Assembly: GCA_013265495.1 (NCBI GenBank)
Contig: MU058781.1
Span: 2,210,158 to 2,274,157, forward strand
Source of the DNA: Vicugna vicugna
Lineage: Eukaryota
Direction of reading: 5' to 3'
Length of the DNA stretch: 64,000 bases
This document shows positions 63,817 to 64,000 of the stretch, piece after piece. Both the position numbers and the translations under genes were made by a program. Positions within the stretch are counted from its first letter, which is position 1, and every line of letters starts with the position of its first letter. The notes under the pieces were generated by a model, which was not told the origin of the DNA, searched no databases, and saw nothing but the letters and a program-made list of their open reading frames with translations.

Positions 63817-63968
63817 CCCATTTCCAGTGGTTGAGCTTCTCTCCAAATAGGTAGATGCTGACAATAAAGATGTAGCTGAGAGAGAAGAAGGCTGCTAGAC
63901 CCATCGGACTGAGTTTGGCAAACACAGGATATACCCACGTGCCCGTCTCAGAGTAGATCCATAGAACC
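63817..63968 (-). CDS. ADTRP: ADTRP (androgen-dependent TFPI-regulating protein, AIG1/ADTRP family) penultimate coding exon, 152 bp
   Basis: Minus strand reads acceptor ttttctgcag|G GTT CTA TGG ... AAA TGG G|gtcagt donor. It translates (R)VLWIYSETGTWVYPVFAKLSPMGLAAFFSLSYIFIVSIYLFGEKLNHWKW(G), closely matching the recalled human ADTRP C-terminal region (ILWLYFETGTWVYPVFAKLSLLGLAAFFSLSYVFIASIYLLGEKLNHWKWG). Confidence 0.96.
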
Positions 63969-64000
63969 CTGCAGAAAATGACAAGTCACAGTGATTAGGA

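Overview
Mammalian genomic DNA, most likely camelid: it carries a Vic-1-type tRNA-derived SINE and young camelid-type L1 3' ends, and I saw no ruminant or pig SINEs. The only recognisable protein-coding gene is ADTRP on the minus strand. Its last two coding exons are at 63817-63968 and 52411-52445, followed by the 3' UTR. The remaining ~51 kb is intergenic DNA downstream of ADTRP, dominated by interspersed repeats (L1, L2, MIR, MaLR/ERVL LTRs, Tigger and hAT relics). The most unusual feature is a ~2.6 kb non-repetitive segment (4870-7479) that splits one old L1 into two collinear halves without a TSD or poly(A). It contains a CpG island with promoter motifs, a candidate first coding exon and an orphan internal exon, and looks like a captured promoter fragment from another locus. 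Also present: two L1 insertions with twin-priming inversions and TSDs, a degenerate coding-like relic at ~42.0-42.6 kb, a near-consensus CTCF motif, and a 60-N assembly gap. No prokaryote-type system (CRISPR etc.) is present, and most ORFs in the supplied track are spurious or repeat-derived. Repeat family names and boundaries come from recalled consensus sequences and are approximate.
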